From positions 5,456,001 through 5,520,000 of the forward strand of contig CP110439.1 in NCBI GenBank assembly GCA_026914245.1: a stretch of DNA of 64,000 bases. Direction: 5' to 3'. The stretch comes from Puccinia triticina (taxonomy: Eukaryota). A program made the position numbers and the translations under genes. The notes beneath the pieces are model-generated. The model was given only the letters and a program-made list of their open reading frames with translations. It made no database searches and had not been told where the DNA came from. Shown in pieces: positions 39,330 through 52,925 of this stretch (its first letter is position 1; each line of letters begins with the position of its first letter).

Positions 39330-39850
39330 ACCACAAGATCTCTTGATCATTCTCCTGGCTCGGTCAGTTCATCCGCGATCGGGGAGTATCACCTCAATGT
39401 CGTCTTTGTTGATAGTGAGATCGAAAAAAGCGACCTGCGTACGTCCTTCCTCCTCCGACAATTTGATGCGCTCCTCGCAGTCGGCCCAGAGTTTGTCGAG
39501 CTGTTTGACGAACATGACAACAAACTCCTTGAACGCAGCTGCTGCGACATTGTGCGGCGCATTGATGGTCACTTCCACATTTGCCTTCTAGCCGAGTTTA
39601 ATTTGTCAACATAGTTAAATCAGCATGAAAGAGCATAATAGTGTTACTTTTACAAATTAGTTAGGGGTCGAACGAGAACTGACACTTAAAATGCCACACT
39701 TTCACTTGGGCAAGGGGCATGTCCGGCTTCAGTTCAGGCACGTCTGCTGCTACCGTGGTAGGAGCGGTCGTGGAAGTGACGTGGGGCTCGCCTGATTCTG
39801 GGGCCTGGTCTCCTACTTGGCCCGCAGCGGCATTCTTGGTGTATCACAGT
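39330..39850 (-). CDS. Hypothetical intron-containing gene fragment
   Basis: Exon-like KANVEVTINAPHNVAAAAFKEFVVMFVKQLDKLWADCEERIK with splice-like boundaries; no family recognised. Confidence 0.3.
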
Positions 39851-40166
39851 AGGTCTTCATGAGCCCTGTAGAGCAAAACACCACAGTCTGCAAGAGACTT
39901 TCTGTGGACAGATCCGGGTAGAAATATGTACAACACCAAGAATGCCGCAAGATTGTGCCGATCGAGTATGTGCGAGGCATCTATGGCCTTCGGAAACACA
40001 AGGGAAAAACCCCGGCCCGTCTGTGGATATATGCGGCCCTATAAACAAGATAAACAAGAGGGGTCTGGAGGCGAAAGCCTCTTGGTGGATTGCGTAAGGA
40101 AGCGGACATAACAAGCGCAGTACAAGAAACAGTGGGGAGATGACAAGAACGGCGGATGACGAGAGA

Positions 40167-42988
40167 TCAGCCGTCGTCGAGGTCGGCGGCGCGCCGTTTC
40201 ATAGCCGCAGACATCTAGCACACCGCGCGTAAGTAAAGAGACAGCGTCAGAAGATGTTTGCATGTATGGGGGAGGAGGGGAAGTGACCTTGGATTGGGCG
40301 GCCTCGTGCTTGGCCAGCTCGGGCGGACACTTCGAGACCGGACTCTTCATGATCTCTTGCTTGAGATCGTACATCACATCCGCATCGTCGTTGGTCAGGA
40401 AGGTGATCGCTGTGCCCACTTTCCCCGCCCGTCCAGTCCGACCTGTGTCCGCCAGCATTGGTCAGCGGGACACGCGTGCATAGCGAGGAGAGGGGGGACT
40501 TGCCTATTCGGTGGACATATGCTTCGATCGTGCCTGCCATTTGGAAGTTGACGACCAAGCCGACATCCGGCACGTCGATACCACGCCCCGCCAGATCCGT
40601 AGCAACAAGGATGTCGGATTCGCCAGCACGAAGCGAGGCCAGTGCGGCCTCTCTTTGTTCCTGGTTCTTGCCCGAATGCAGGGTGGTCGTGGACCAGCCT
40701 GCGCGACTGATGTCTTTGGCGAGCTGGTCGGCGGTCTTCTTCTGGTTCACAAACACGATGATCGGCGGCGTGTGGCCCTGGTTCAACACCTCCAACAACC
40801 GGCCCCGCTTCTTGTCCTCCGTCGGTAGGAACTCCACTTGTTGGTCTACCGTGTCTACCGCTTGCCCTGCTACTCCGATCGTCACTACCGCAGGTCTTCG
40901 TAGATATTTCTTCGCTAGTCTTTCCACCGCTGGGGGCATTGTTGCTGAGAACATCACCTGGTAATTCCATGATGCATGTAACACAGAGCATTAGTTGAGA
41001 AGCATCGGATATTCATGTACAGAAACCGCGTACCGTTTGGCGGTACAGTCCCTTGGCACCCGTCAGATCAAAGCCTTCAACCCCGCCCACAAAGCTGGTC
41101 ATCTTACTCGAATCCTCAGCCTCCTCTGTATCCGGCTTGAGGTTGCTCAAGGGCAGCTGGTCAAGGATGAAGTTGACGACCTCTTCGAAGCCGAGGTTGA
41201 TCATCCGATCGGCCTCATCCATGACGACGTACGTGCATTGGCCCAAGACCAAGACGTGTCGCTCGATACAATCCTTCAGTCGACCCGGCGTCGCAATGAT
41301 GATCTCCGCCCCATCTCGCATGTTCAACGCTTGCTCTTCCATCGCCTTCCCTCCCACTATCGACACACATCGGTACCCTAAACGGAGCGCAAACTTGTTG
41401 GTTTCCACTTCGATTTGTTGCGCCAATTCTCGCGTGGGGGCTAGGATCAGTGCATACGGTCCAAGATGCCGGTTTTCGTCGGTTAACGGCGGGAGTTTGC
41501 CGATGTACGTCAACATCGGGATCACGAAGGAGGCTGTTTTACCCGAACCGGTCTCAGCGATCCCGATCAAATCGCGATTGTTTAAGCCCAACGGGATTGC
41601 TTGTCGTTGGATCGGCGAGGGCTCCTTATAGCCTACTTCGTCGATAATCTCCAAGATCTGGAGCGGCAGTTTGGACTCTTCCCAGGAGCGCATCGGGTTC
41701 GGGATGTTTCCTCCTCGGGCCGCAATCGAGAAGTCTTCCCTGAAGATCCGCCAGTCTCGATCGCGCATGGCATTGAGAGGTTTCTGGCTCCAATGGAGCT
41801 CATTGACAACCGCCGAGCTGCGTTTGGAGCCGGCCTCGCACGGTGTCGATGTGAGTACTTCGTCCTCTGGGTCCAGTCGTCTCTGGGCGAGCTCCCGTGC
41901 TGAGGACTTGGTGGTCTGAGCCGCAGGATCGATTCCTGCGAGCTTCCCATTCCCATAGAGGCCAAATCTTCCAACCAGCTGGACGGCTGTCGTCGTTGGG
42001 GGTGGCACACTGCCGCGGCTATGGCTGCTACCGTGGTGGCTAGACGGATGGCCTGATAGAGGTGGCGGGGCAGAGGGGACGGTGACCGCATACAACGGAT
42101 CGACTTCCTCCAATGCGGTATCTTCATCCTTCGCCCAATCGAACACGAATTTCTTGTCCGACATCTTCCTGATCCTCCGTTTCTTGTTATCAGGCTGACC
42201 TAAGTAGCGGGCCATGAGAAGCTTTTGGTTGAGCACCGGGGGAGGGGCGGTGCCGAGCATGGGCTCGGTACTTGGAAGTTGGCTGTTTCCATTCTGGTCG
42301 GGAGTGACTGATGATGCGGGGTGTGTGGGAGGTAGCATGGATGAGGATGCGTTTTCGGTAGTAGATGATGAGGAGCCATTCGTCGTGGAGTCTGGCTTGT
42401 AGGAATTGCGGAGAGACGAAGGGCCAGGGCCAGAGGAGCCACCACCGACCGAGGTTTTTCCGCGGAGTGCCTTCGGAGCAGTGGGCACACCCTCCATGGC
42501 GACTCGTGATGAACTCGATCCTCTCCGGTCGTTATAGCCATACGAGTGGTCAGACGATCCATTCCGGCCGCCGCTGCGTGATGAGTACGATCCGTACTTC
42601 GCCTCCCGTGCACTCCGTTCCAGCTCTTCTCGCTTGGCAGCTGCTTCGGCTAGTCGCGCCTTTTCTGCCGCAACCTCCTGTTCTCGTTTGGCGATCGCCA
42701 GCGCCGCTCTTTGCTCTTTCGACAAAAATTTCGGCTACGTATGTATCAAAAAACGAGGGCCAGAGTCATCAGCCCGCCTGGGTGCATATTTCTTGGAGAA
42801 GAGTATACATCTTTGATGAGGAAATAACTGACCTTACTGGCCGCCTCCTTTTCAGCCTTTTGTTGAGCAAGCAGTGTTTCGATCGACAACGGTTGTTTCG
42901 GACCGCCTTTGGGAGCAGAGGCTCTAGTGTTTGAAGAGTCCTTGGAGGTGCCGTTCGAGCCCGCGACGGGGGATGGCCCCATGCCCAT
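40167..42988 (-). CDS. PRP28: Pre-mRNA splicing DEAD-box RNA helicase Prp28/DDX23, multi-exon
   Basis: [83 protein letters not shown]. Confidence 0.95.
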
Positions 42989-43155
42989 TTTGAGTCGACT
43001 GAGTCTGAGTCTGAGTCTGTCTGGTTTGAGTTGTTATGCAAAACTTTTCAAAGTCCTCCCCATGCAGGAGGTAGGAGTTCGGGTGGTGGCTCGGGTAAAC
43101 CGGGTAACCATTCCCACAAACCCTCCCCGAAGCATAGGAAGAGCCCGCGCTTAAC

Positions 43156-44795
43156 TTAAGTCCCTCCTGGGCGCGAAGCCCCAGGACCCTGGAAACCCCC
43201 TATGTATAAATGTGGGTAATGTAAAATCCAGAATTTTGGCTAAATTCATGCATTTTTGAAGTCCATTCATATATGACACGTTTCATGCCTAGGCTCAGAG
43301 AATTTCCCAATTTTTCATACATTTTTTATGCCTAACATTTTTTTCCCTTGCAAGGCAGAAAGCCTAATTTTTTGTGAAGGTACCCACTTTTGATGGATTC
43401 AGCAGCACTGGAGCACACCCAAAAGAAAAAGAAAACCCAAAAAAATGAAGAACTATGAAACTGTTGTGTGATAGACTAATTAAGTATTGCTTTATTGACA
43501 GAGATTTGATACACAAGAATCCCTCTTCCCACTGATGTAAGAATGGTGCTTGAGACATTAGGGGGGTTCACAATTGAATTTTACAAAACTTTTGAGTTAA
43601 ATTCAAGGCCCTTATGAACAGAGTTATGTTAAAATTTGTCCTAAAGTTTTGTAAATTTCAACTGTGAACCCCCCTATTGCGATGAGGAGGGGCTGCAATT
43701 TTTGGGGGATTAATACACAATTTCCCCCAAAGTCATTAATATTGAGCCCTTCACTGAGTGGAAATAAGCAGTGAAGATGCGCTGTTTTGAGGTGTGCCAA
43801 AATCCAAGAAGCAGCAGTTGATGTAAAGAATCCAGAAGCAATGGGCATATGAGGTTGATATGTATGTATAAGAATATCTGGACCAATACATAGGAAAGTG
43901 TATCCCAACTAGTGGCACTAGCAAGCTGACAGAACTCTGGTCCATATTCTCTGCTCACATGCTCTATCTCTTTTCCATCACTGTAAGTGATGCTCAAAAC
44001 CCTGTTTTAACTCATCATTTTCCATCACATTTGTGTGATGTATCCATCAGTAAGTTTTGATGCTTTTCCATTTGTAACATCTTCTCTTTTCCATTCTCAA
44101 GTGCCAATGCCCCTTTCCATGTGTTGAGCTTATACTTAGCATATGTGTATTTTGTTCTTCCATCTCCTGTGAGATGTTTTGTTTGTTTTAATTGTCTCAT
44201 AGGCTCCCTTTTGGATCTTGCAAGGGGGCTCTATAGTTGTAGCCACCTGCTTGTTTGATTTGAAATACAGCATCAAGTCAGAGCCTTTTATCCCTTGAAC
44301 CACATCTTCTGCTCCTTGGTCCAATCCAAGCCCCTCTGTGGTTGCTCCCCCTCTCCGTTGCATCTTTTTCTCTGGGTATAATCTCAACACAAGCCAGCAA
44401 TGTTTTCCTGAGACTTGCCCATCAATCACCAGAATTTTTCCAATGCACATTTTCTGAAACAAAAAATAAACCCCCAGACCCCTGGTGAGTTCTTGCAAGA
44501 TGAACAGGGGCGAAGTGTTGAGGAGTGGGGGGGGGGGGGGGGTACAAAAAAATCTGTGTTGGTATCCTCAAGACTTTCATACATATCTAGCCACTAACCC
44601 CCGTTCCACAGTAAAATTTCCATACATCTGAGATTAGTATGCTTGCAGCCAAAAAGGCCATTCATACCACTTTTCATGCCTACCATTTTGGGTTTTTGGC
44701 CAAAAATTCACAACCCTCATCTAAAGGGGGCTTCCAGGGTCCTGAAGCGCCCGCCTCCTTCGGAGGCAGGCGCTTCGCGCCCAGGAGGGACTTAA
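43156..44795. mobile_element. TIR element (Mutator-like family, cf. 24165) immediately upstream of PRP28
   Basis: TTAAGTCCCTCCTGGGCGCGAAGC ... GCTTCGCGCCCAGGAGGGACTTAA, with a degenerate AT-rich interior. Confidence 0.75.
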
Positions 44796-44825
44796 TCAAG
44801 TTTGCTAAAATTCTCTCCCACCTGA

Positions 44826-45190
44826 GACCATCCGCACCGGGCACTAAGTTAGCCCGGATTAGGGAACTTAGTTTGACCCCGCAACCGCATTGGGTTGGAT
44901 CAACCGGGGATCAACTTGGCCCAGAGCTTGGTTTGGAGCTAGTGGGGTATAAATCTAGCCCCCACTAGTCCTTGGACTAACCTATAAAATGAATATGCAT
45001 CATGCTCAATGGCATGAACTCTATGTGTTTAGGTGCCAAACACATACCATACAGGCACCTAATCACATAATCTCCGATAGCCTCGGACCTCCCAATCTAC
45101 GCCAATGTGGTCGGCCACTCAGATTAGCTTAGTCCGACCGTAATCCGAGCTAGTTAGTCCAGACTAACTTAGCAACGGATGCGGATGCTC
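44826..45190. mobile_element. PIF/Harbinger MITE (GAGCATCCGCA family)
   Basis: Ends GACCATCCGCA...TGCGGATGCTC flanked by TGA/TTA. Subterminal motifs shared with 56323-57362. Confidence 0.65.
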
Positions 45191-45613
45191 TTAGTATGTA
45201 AATTTCATTTGTCCCACAGGGATTAGTGGATTTGCATGCTCCGTAAAGGTCAATTTTTGCTTGCAGGTGTGAAAGTGTAGCTGCAGCGCCACCGGACACG
45301 TTTTTACAAGGTGTGTGTAACATGGCACCAGTTTACATTGGGTGATTTGCACACACCCAATGTAAATTTATTTTTGCACCCAGTCCAGTGTAATTTTACA
45401 TTGATGCTTTTTACATTGCCCAAAGCATGTAATTCATACATTGTAAAATTAATCCACCCCATATTTTTGTATTTTTACGCCTCCTTTTTATTACTTTTTA
45501 TAAGGAGGCGCTATTTTTCTATTTTATGCTTAGATTTTTTGTACACTTCAAATGGAGCTCTTTTTATGTTTTTATTGTTCAGCTAGCTCTGATACAGTAA
45601 CTAGCTGACACTC

Positions 45614-46260
45614 ATGGTTCTTGCAATCAGGACTGATGCACTATGGTGCAAGATACTCACAGGTTGCTGTGTTGGTGAAAAGGTCTTGATCCCTAAAATT
45701 ACATTGATTCACAAGCCAGACCGTGTATACGCCGTCACGTTCTCCCAACACCAGTTCCCGGTGGCCATTGCCTTTGCATTGACCATCAACAAAGCTCAAG
45801 GTCAATCTCTATCAAAGGTTGTGGTCTACCTACCGCAGCCTGTCTTTGGGCACGGACAGCTATACGTGGCGCTGTCACAAGTGACAACTATAGCTGGATT
45901 GTCCATCTGCATGGTTCAAGATCCTCAATTGCCACCAACAACTTTGAATGTTGTCAACCTTGACATCATTAGGAGATGCCATGGAGATGTATCCGCCAAT
46001 CAATGTGAGCACTATGTTCTACATAATGTACATGTCACCCATACAAGCCTGACTTTCTCCCTTCTGCCCCTTTCCCCAGAATACAACACTGGCAACAAAA
46101 TTTATCTCAGTCCACATCTCAAACATATTTATTGGCATATGTACAAAATAAATCAAATGTGTCATTATGCCACAATGTAGAGTTTCAAATCAGGGTGTGT
46201 GACATGTTCCAGACCCCAGTTCCTAGGGGACCGGGGTGCTTGCCACCCCGTCTCCCCTAG
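45614..46260 (+). mobile_element. Helitron 3' fragment: PIF1-like helicase C-terminus plus 3' terminus
   Basis: QFPVAIAFALTINKAQGQSL...VFGHGQLYVALS. GC hairpin at 46226-46257 followed by CTAG|T. Confidence 0.88.
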
Positions 46261-47019
46261 TTGCTGAGAGAAAGTGAAGGATGTTTTTTAGGAAGGGGAA
46301 CGGAAAGGGGAAAGTGAGTTTTGTTGGAGAGAGAAGGGATGACTGAGTCTGCCGGATGAAGTGACTACTGGCTGAGATTTTTGATTTGAATCATCTAGGT
46401 TTGAGTTGATGATAATTTGCGTTTGGGCAGTCCGCAGCTTGAGATTTCACGGAGTTTTACATGCAAGTGTCAGGGATTTGACGTTGAGTTTCAACACCCC
46501 CCTCAACTTGGTGGGTAGAAAACTAGAAAACATTTCTCCTTGAGGCGGTTCAGGGACTCCGAGGTGCTTGCTTTTGTCAGAGAATCCGCTATCATATCTT
46601 CAGACAGGACAAGAGTTACCACAATTTCATTTCTATTCTTCAGATCTCTTAGCCACTTTATCTTGATGTCTAGATGTTTCATCTTCGAATTTGAGCCGAA
46701 GTGATCAACCTTTTCAACTAAGCCTTTGTTATCCACATGAAACGTTGACGGATTGAGATTTTCATTCCATAGCTCCTCTGCCAGGAACTTAATCCACTAA
46801 TTTTCTTGGACTCTGTCTGACAGCGCATTGCGTTCAGCTTCAGTTGACAATAGCATGATTTTTTTCTGTTTCTTGCTGTTCCACGCAACCGGACAGCTCT
46901 TCCAAAAACAGATTGATCCACTTCTTGAGAGGTGTGTTTCTAGATCATCTGCCCATGTTGCATTGGTATAGTGTTGAGTAGATTTTGAGTTATCTTCTTG
47001 GTTGGGCCTCAGCGCTAGG
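46261..47019 (-). mobile_element. Ty1/Copia fragment: RNase H end, PPT and truncated 3' LTR
   Basis: WADDLET, KHLDIK, EDMIADSLTKA, then a G-rich PPT and LTR start TGTTGAAAC at 46496. Confidence 0.85.
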
Positions 47020-48700
47020 TGTCAGCCTTAGAGTCAACTCAGCTGACCTAAAGTCTGCCTTTTTCTACTTTTACATATGAATTACTTCATATCTTTTTCA
47101 TCTTATGAAATAACCTTGTTTTGACTTCATATTCTGTTTCCTCATGCAATTTTAACCCTAGTTACAACTTACCAATTCTTTTTAACTACATTCCTTCCCT
47201 GAGTTATTGAGTTGTGGCGCGCATGCGCAGTTGTGATGTGTCAGCGCTACCAGGCGCGCCAAACCACATGTACATATGTAAATTACATAAGCAAACTGTG
47301 AAAATTTTCGTAGTCTGGATCCCCCTTGCCTGAGGCGGATACACAGACTTCAGCACACCAGAACCATACCCCAGATAACCCCAGGATCACCACCAAAGAG
47401 TTTACAACACTCCCAGTATACCTACCCTCACAGGTGCCTAGGATATTGACAGTAAGTAACCTCTTTCACTGAAACTTGTTTATCTCAGAGGTACAACTCT
47501 GTGTCTTGCTTGATCTGTTCTTTTCTGCTGGCCTTTGCCTATTTTTGATCACAGGGCTGTCCCTCCATATCTGCTGGCCTTTGCCTCTACTTGATCACAG
47601 GGCTGTCCCTTCATATCTGCATTCTTTTTCTGTGGTTTTTGCAAGAGACAAACCACATAGGTTTCCCTTTAAAGAACCTTGACTATCCAGAAGGAAGCTA
47701 AAAAATTGTGGCTGGATTAAACTTATCTAATCCAGGATCCCTCCACGTTTCTTTGGTGAGAGGAGGCTGTAGCACTCTCTAGCACAGCTTGGCAGCACTC
47801 TTCTGAAGAGATAGCATTGCCAGTGGACGTGCATTCCCACTAGAATAACCTTGAATATCTTCTTATCTTGAATCTGCTCAGTTTCTCTCTCTCTTTCTCT
47901 CTCTCTCTTATATTTGTATTTTATTTATCCAAAGAAATCCAAATGTTGCCCCCCCATTTTCTTGTGTCCTGCTGTCACTATAGAGAATCAGGCTCACAAC
48001 CAGACTTGACTGGCACATTCATCCTGCCTTGACAGCCACGCCACCGCCACGCCACTTCCGTACCTCTGACCTGCGTGGCGAGCGCTCATTTCCTGGCCAA
48101 CCACCCCCTTGCCAAGACAACCGCTAGGACCTACCAAGTAACGGTGGCCAACCTCCGCCCCCTGACCAGCCAGTAACCTGGGCCAAGTTGATGCCATTAC
48201 TGACATTTTTGCCCCGTGTTTGCATTACTATGCCTTCCAAACAATAGCTGACCTTGGGCCTGTTCACCCAGCTCAGGTGGATCCACTACTTCCAAGGCCT
48301 CACACCTCAATCTGAACTCAAACCAGCTCAACGAGCTCCTGCCCGACATTGGCACGCTGCACTGATTTACAGCGGTTTTCCGCTGAGCTGATACTTAATC
48401 ATGGTTTCCTTTGACTGCAGTTTGTTATCCCACCAGCTCAGCAAGACTGGAGTTTACCAAGCGCCAAGCACAATTGGTCTGTCAATTTTGCCCCATAAAC
48501 ATGATGCAAACAGGCCCTGCTGATTGCTTATTACTGTCTCATTCATGCCAAGCAGTGATATTCAGCACGGCAGAACCCAAAGACGGGCAGAGTGGTCTGG
48601 GTGATCAAGCAGAACTGGAGGCCATACATCTGTCTCATTGACCAGGCCTTGATCCCAATCTCAGCCCTCCAATCAAGCTCTACACCTTCAACACCAAAGT
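47020..48700 (+). mobile_element. Probable Gypsy-type 5' LTR (47020-47451) with degenerate leader/gag, truncated
   Basis: TGTCA...TGACA ends with no matching TSD, so internal sequence follows. It interrupts the Copia RNase H. Confidence 0.55.
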
Positions 48701-49499
48701 TCCAAAGCAAAAAACAGATGTAGCATTTGGGGGCCTGAAAATCAAAGTTCCCATTGGAAAAAAATTCAAAATAATTTATGGACTCATGGAACATATAGGA
48801 TCAGCCATTTTTGAAATTTTTAGCTTCTTTGTGCAAGATAAAGGGTCTGGAAAATGAGGAAATTGTGTGTGCAATCCACCAAAGTTTGCTATTATGTGGT
48901 GAAATTTCCTCATTTTTGAGACCCTTACTCTTGCAAAAAGTAGCTAAAAAGTTCCCAAATCCAAGTTTATTAAAGACAGAGAAACACGGAAAGAAAGATC
49001 AAGGGTTCCCCCTACAAATCAACAAAATACAAAAAAAAAATGCAAGGGTTCCCCCTTCCAAAAAAAAGCAAATCACAAAAAAAGTGTTCTTAACAAAAAA
49101 TCTAAACACCACAAACTAGACCCACTATCCATCCCTGTCTAGCAGGGTTTAAAATAGTGGGTGGATGGCCCCCAGCGCGCCGCATTGAAGGCATTATGCA
49201 AAGGGGGGCCAACGAGTTTAGCCCCTCAAACTGCGCAAGTGCAACAGCGGAGGGGTGAGGGCGAACCGCACGCTGGAATTAAAGCGGCAGAGGACGCCCT
49301 GGGGGACACAAAGACACAACCCGGAGTCCTCTTTCATAGACAATCGGGAATTGCCCTCAGCAAAATCGACGCCACATTCATCAAGCCATGACTACCACGC
49401 CACCGCCACGCCCCTGCATGTAACGCTGACCTCCGCGGCGGTGCCTGGACCGGCGAGGCGTTGTCAACAAGAACAGTATACACTCCGACTCGGACAATC

Positions 49500-50690
49500 T
49501 GCTCGTCCAGGAGGGCAACATCCAGGTCGAGATGAGCGGCAATTGGTCCGTCTCCCGTTCTCCCTGCCCCCCGCGCATGACTGATTGAGTGTTTTGGGAT
49601 AGGTTGATTCGAGGCGTCGGACTCCGACCTCCCGTTCGCGTTCTACCGGGCCTACCATCGCCAGCTGGCGACCTACCTGCGTCCGCAGGCGCGGCCGGTG
49701 GTGCACCCGTCGACGCTGATCTCGATGCCGGGCTTCCTGCTGGTCTCGGCGTCCTTCCTGGACAAGTGCGACTCGCTGGTGCACCGCAGCCTGCGCTCGG
49801 TCACCACGCTGGGCCCGACGACGAGCAGCTTCAATGCGGGCGAGTCGGCCAACCTGGCGATGGGCGCCAAGCCCAAGGTGCTCGAGCTCGCCCACCGTCG
49901 GCTGGTCTCCACCGCCCTCGACATCGTCGGCGGCTCGCCCAGGCCTCCCTCCTCCCCCCAGGAGCAGCAGGAGGAGGAGGAGGGAGAACTGGACGACAGC
50001 GCGCGCCGGCGCCAGTTCTTCGGCGGCCTGCTCAGCCTCTGGATCCGCGCCATCACCAAACGCACCTCCATGTGGAACACCCGCTCCGTCTTCCTCCTCC
50101 TCGACTTCCTCGACGGCCTCTTCTACACCGTCCTCTACACCGCCCCCGCCCCCCCGCTCCTCCTCAACGACCTCCCCAGCCCCCCCGTCCTCGTCCGACC
50201 CTCCCTCGCCCTCTTCAACCTCCCCTTCATCCTCGACGTCCTCGCAGGATCCTCCTCACCGCCGACAACACCGTCTGCGTCATGCGCACCATCGCCTTCA
50301 TTTACTCCCAGTTCGAGGCGTGCGTCTCCCCCTTCTCTCTCTCTTTCTTGTAACTGACAAGGGGGTTTCTTGGGATAGGTTGACGACGCAGCCGGAGACG
50401 CTGAAAGCGCTATGTCTCGACCTGCTGCTCGACCCGCTCGTCTTCCAGCACCTCTTCCTGCACTGGAACTCGGGCGTCCGCGGCTACTACATGCGGCTGC
50501 TCGTCTGGCGCCTCAGCCGGCTCAACGCCGCCGCCGCCGGGCCCAGGACCCCCAAGGCTAGGGACGTCGTCAAGATCATCCTCGCCTTCAATGCCCGTCT
50601 CGACGCTATCCGCAAACGCCACGATCAGCTCTCGCCCGTCTCCGAGTTCTTGGGCTCTCAGGAAGAAGAAGACCGGCGTCGTCGGCGTGC
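49500..50690 (+). pseudogene. Captured internal fragment of a DUF1765 (UPF0592/YDL073W-like) gene, introns retained, frameshifted
   Basis: KRTSMWNTRSVFLLLDFL, FNLPFILD, MRTIAFIYSQF, LFLHWNSGVRGYYMRLLVWRL. No start or native end; frameshift at ~50243. Confidence 0.75.
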
Positions 50691-51946
50691 GTCTTTCCCC
50701 CATATTGTTCTTTCCATCAAAGTGAGGGAATGTTATAGATGTAACTAGAAAAATCTTCTTAGTTTCTTAAAATATTTCAGTATCTTGATAGCCAAATTTC
50801 CTCAACCTGAACCTTTCAAGTTGAGCGTGATTTCTTGGATCACAAACCTGCACCAAAATGTCAGTAAGTCGTACTAACACCGCGACTGGTATAACAACAT
50901 CAATGCTTGTGTAGGCTAGCCCCAAATGTAGCTCTTATAGTCAGACTCAAAGCATGCCTTGTCCCAACACTTCCATTGGCAAATGGTCCGTTATACTCTC
51001 ACTGATACTACTGATAACCAGGACAAGATCTAGCTTCTGCCAAACCCCAAGTATCCAACCTGAACACATACAGGAGACCTGCAATTGCAAATTTCCCCAG
51101 CTCAATCAAGGTATCTGCTTGTCCTCAAGGCGGGGGTTTTACGACTCGGTGTCAGTTCCCTGTTTCAAAGCCCCCACAAGTAAAAATATCATAACCTACC
51201 ACAGAGACCCTGATACTGGCTTCCATGGGCTTCCTTCTCCCCTCCCTGGCACCTCCAAACATCAACCAAGGGGGGGGGGGTAGGACTCAACAAATACAAC
51301 ACATGGAGTGTATTTGGTAAACGTTTTTCATTGAAGATGCAGACCTACAGGTCCCATTTTTTTTGTTTTTAGCTATTATTGTGTATATGATGGCTGAAAA
51401 CAAAAAATAGGACATGTAGGTCTCCATCTTCAAGAATAAACATTTACCAGAGACACTCCATGTCTTGTATTTGTTTCAGCATTGGGAGGAGGAAGGGTAC
51501 TCATTGTTGGGGCCGCTGCATAGGTTCCTGGCCGCCACACCAAACTTACTAAGCATCACTGTGCCCTCCCCAGCATTTTCCCAACCTGCCCAAGTACCCA
51601 TTGATTATATTTGCCTTTGCTGTTGTTGGAAACAAATTCCCAATGCTGATCAGTGCTGTCCCGTCTGTGGTGAACCTTGTGTATTGATCTAAATAACAAT
51701 TAAAGAAATGTACATTTTAGCCAATGTTTCCCCCCCCCCCCCTTAAAAGGTTGGGCAATGGATGCAGTATCATTCAGATGGGTCTGCTTCCTGTAATCTG
51801 CAAAATCAGAATATCATATCATCCTCTGTGGGTCACACAATCTATGTAGGCTCAAGCTGATCCAATTATGATATCTGTGGGGTTCTTGGTCTTGTTTTAT
51901 ACATAAACTTATTCAAGTGGTTGAGTGTGTTGTACAATTTACCACT

Positions 51947-52146
51947 AGGGGTGTTCAAAGTTGACTGCACAAAATTATAACACCATAAATTCATAAAATT
52001 TTAATCTGAAAAAAATGTGTAACACCCAATCACTCAAAAAAGAGCAACAATTCTAAAATGGTAAATAAAAAATGATCACTCAAAAGTGTTATGATTTTAT
52101 GATTTTATGATTTGAAAAAAATATGATTTCAACTTTGAACACCCTT
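51947..52146. mobile_element. PHIS-family MITE
   Basis: TIR AGGGGTGTTCAAAGTTGA with ACT TSD. Confidence 0.8.
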
Positions 52147-52925
52147 ACTGTAAATATTTTCAAAGCCAGTCTTTTTTGCCCAACAGAAACATTAACCTGG
52201 GTGATTACATATGTATCACCTCAAGAAATGTGTACATTCAGCATTCAAAAACATGGTTGCATAAAATACCACCGCTGAGTAAAAAAACCATTGCTGCTGA
52301 GTGAAAAAGCTACTGTTGCTGACTAAACAAAGTGGGGCTGGGCATGTGGGCTCTGCAGCGGCGCAGCCGCCTTGGCCTCTAGTGGCTTTTCCTATATGTT
52401 TCATGAGTCAATAAATTATGTTGAATTTTTGGCCCATGGGAACTTTGATTTTCAGGCCCCCAAATGCTACATCTGTTTTTTGCTTTTAATATTTTTTTAG
52501 CATACAAGGAAATCTGGAAAAACTCCCAAAAGATTCACATAGGCCAATAAAAATCCATTCTATTGATTGGTCAAGAAAAAACTTGAAAAACTTTGATATT
52601 TCTCCCGCAGTGCGCAAAGTTTTTGGGGACTTTGCACACTGTGCAGTGCGCGAAGAATTTTTCACAGTGCGCGAAGTAAGTCCGTATATTATTTTTGCCC
52701 TTAGATTTGCATCAAAGGGCTCCAAAAATTCTAAGAAAACAAGGGAAGGAGAAGAAAAATGTCCTCTGCTGAATGAAAGCAAAAAACTTTGAAAATCCAA
52801 CTCTTTTGTATTGCAGTGTGCAAAGTGTTTTACACTACCGTGCACTGTGGCCAGGACGTTGAGTGGACACCCCCTGCAGTGCGCGACAAGTTTTTTGCAG
52901 TGCACAGAGTACATCTGTGTACAAA

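Larger units (their letters stand above)
48808..52382 (+). mobile_element. Non-autonomous Helitron C carrying a host-gene fragment
   Basis: Inserted between A(48807) and T(52383) at the centre of a palindromic element (48705-48807 / 52383-52486). No TSD. 3' hairpin + CTAG. Confidence 0.85.

Noticed and set aside
40258..42934. Numerous antisense and alternative-frame ORFs over PRP28 (likewise over the CSD gene and DUF1765 fragment)
   Set aside because: Shadows of GC-rich coding sequence with no independent motifs.
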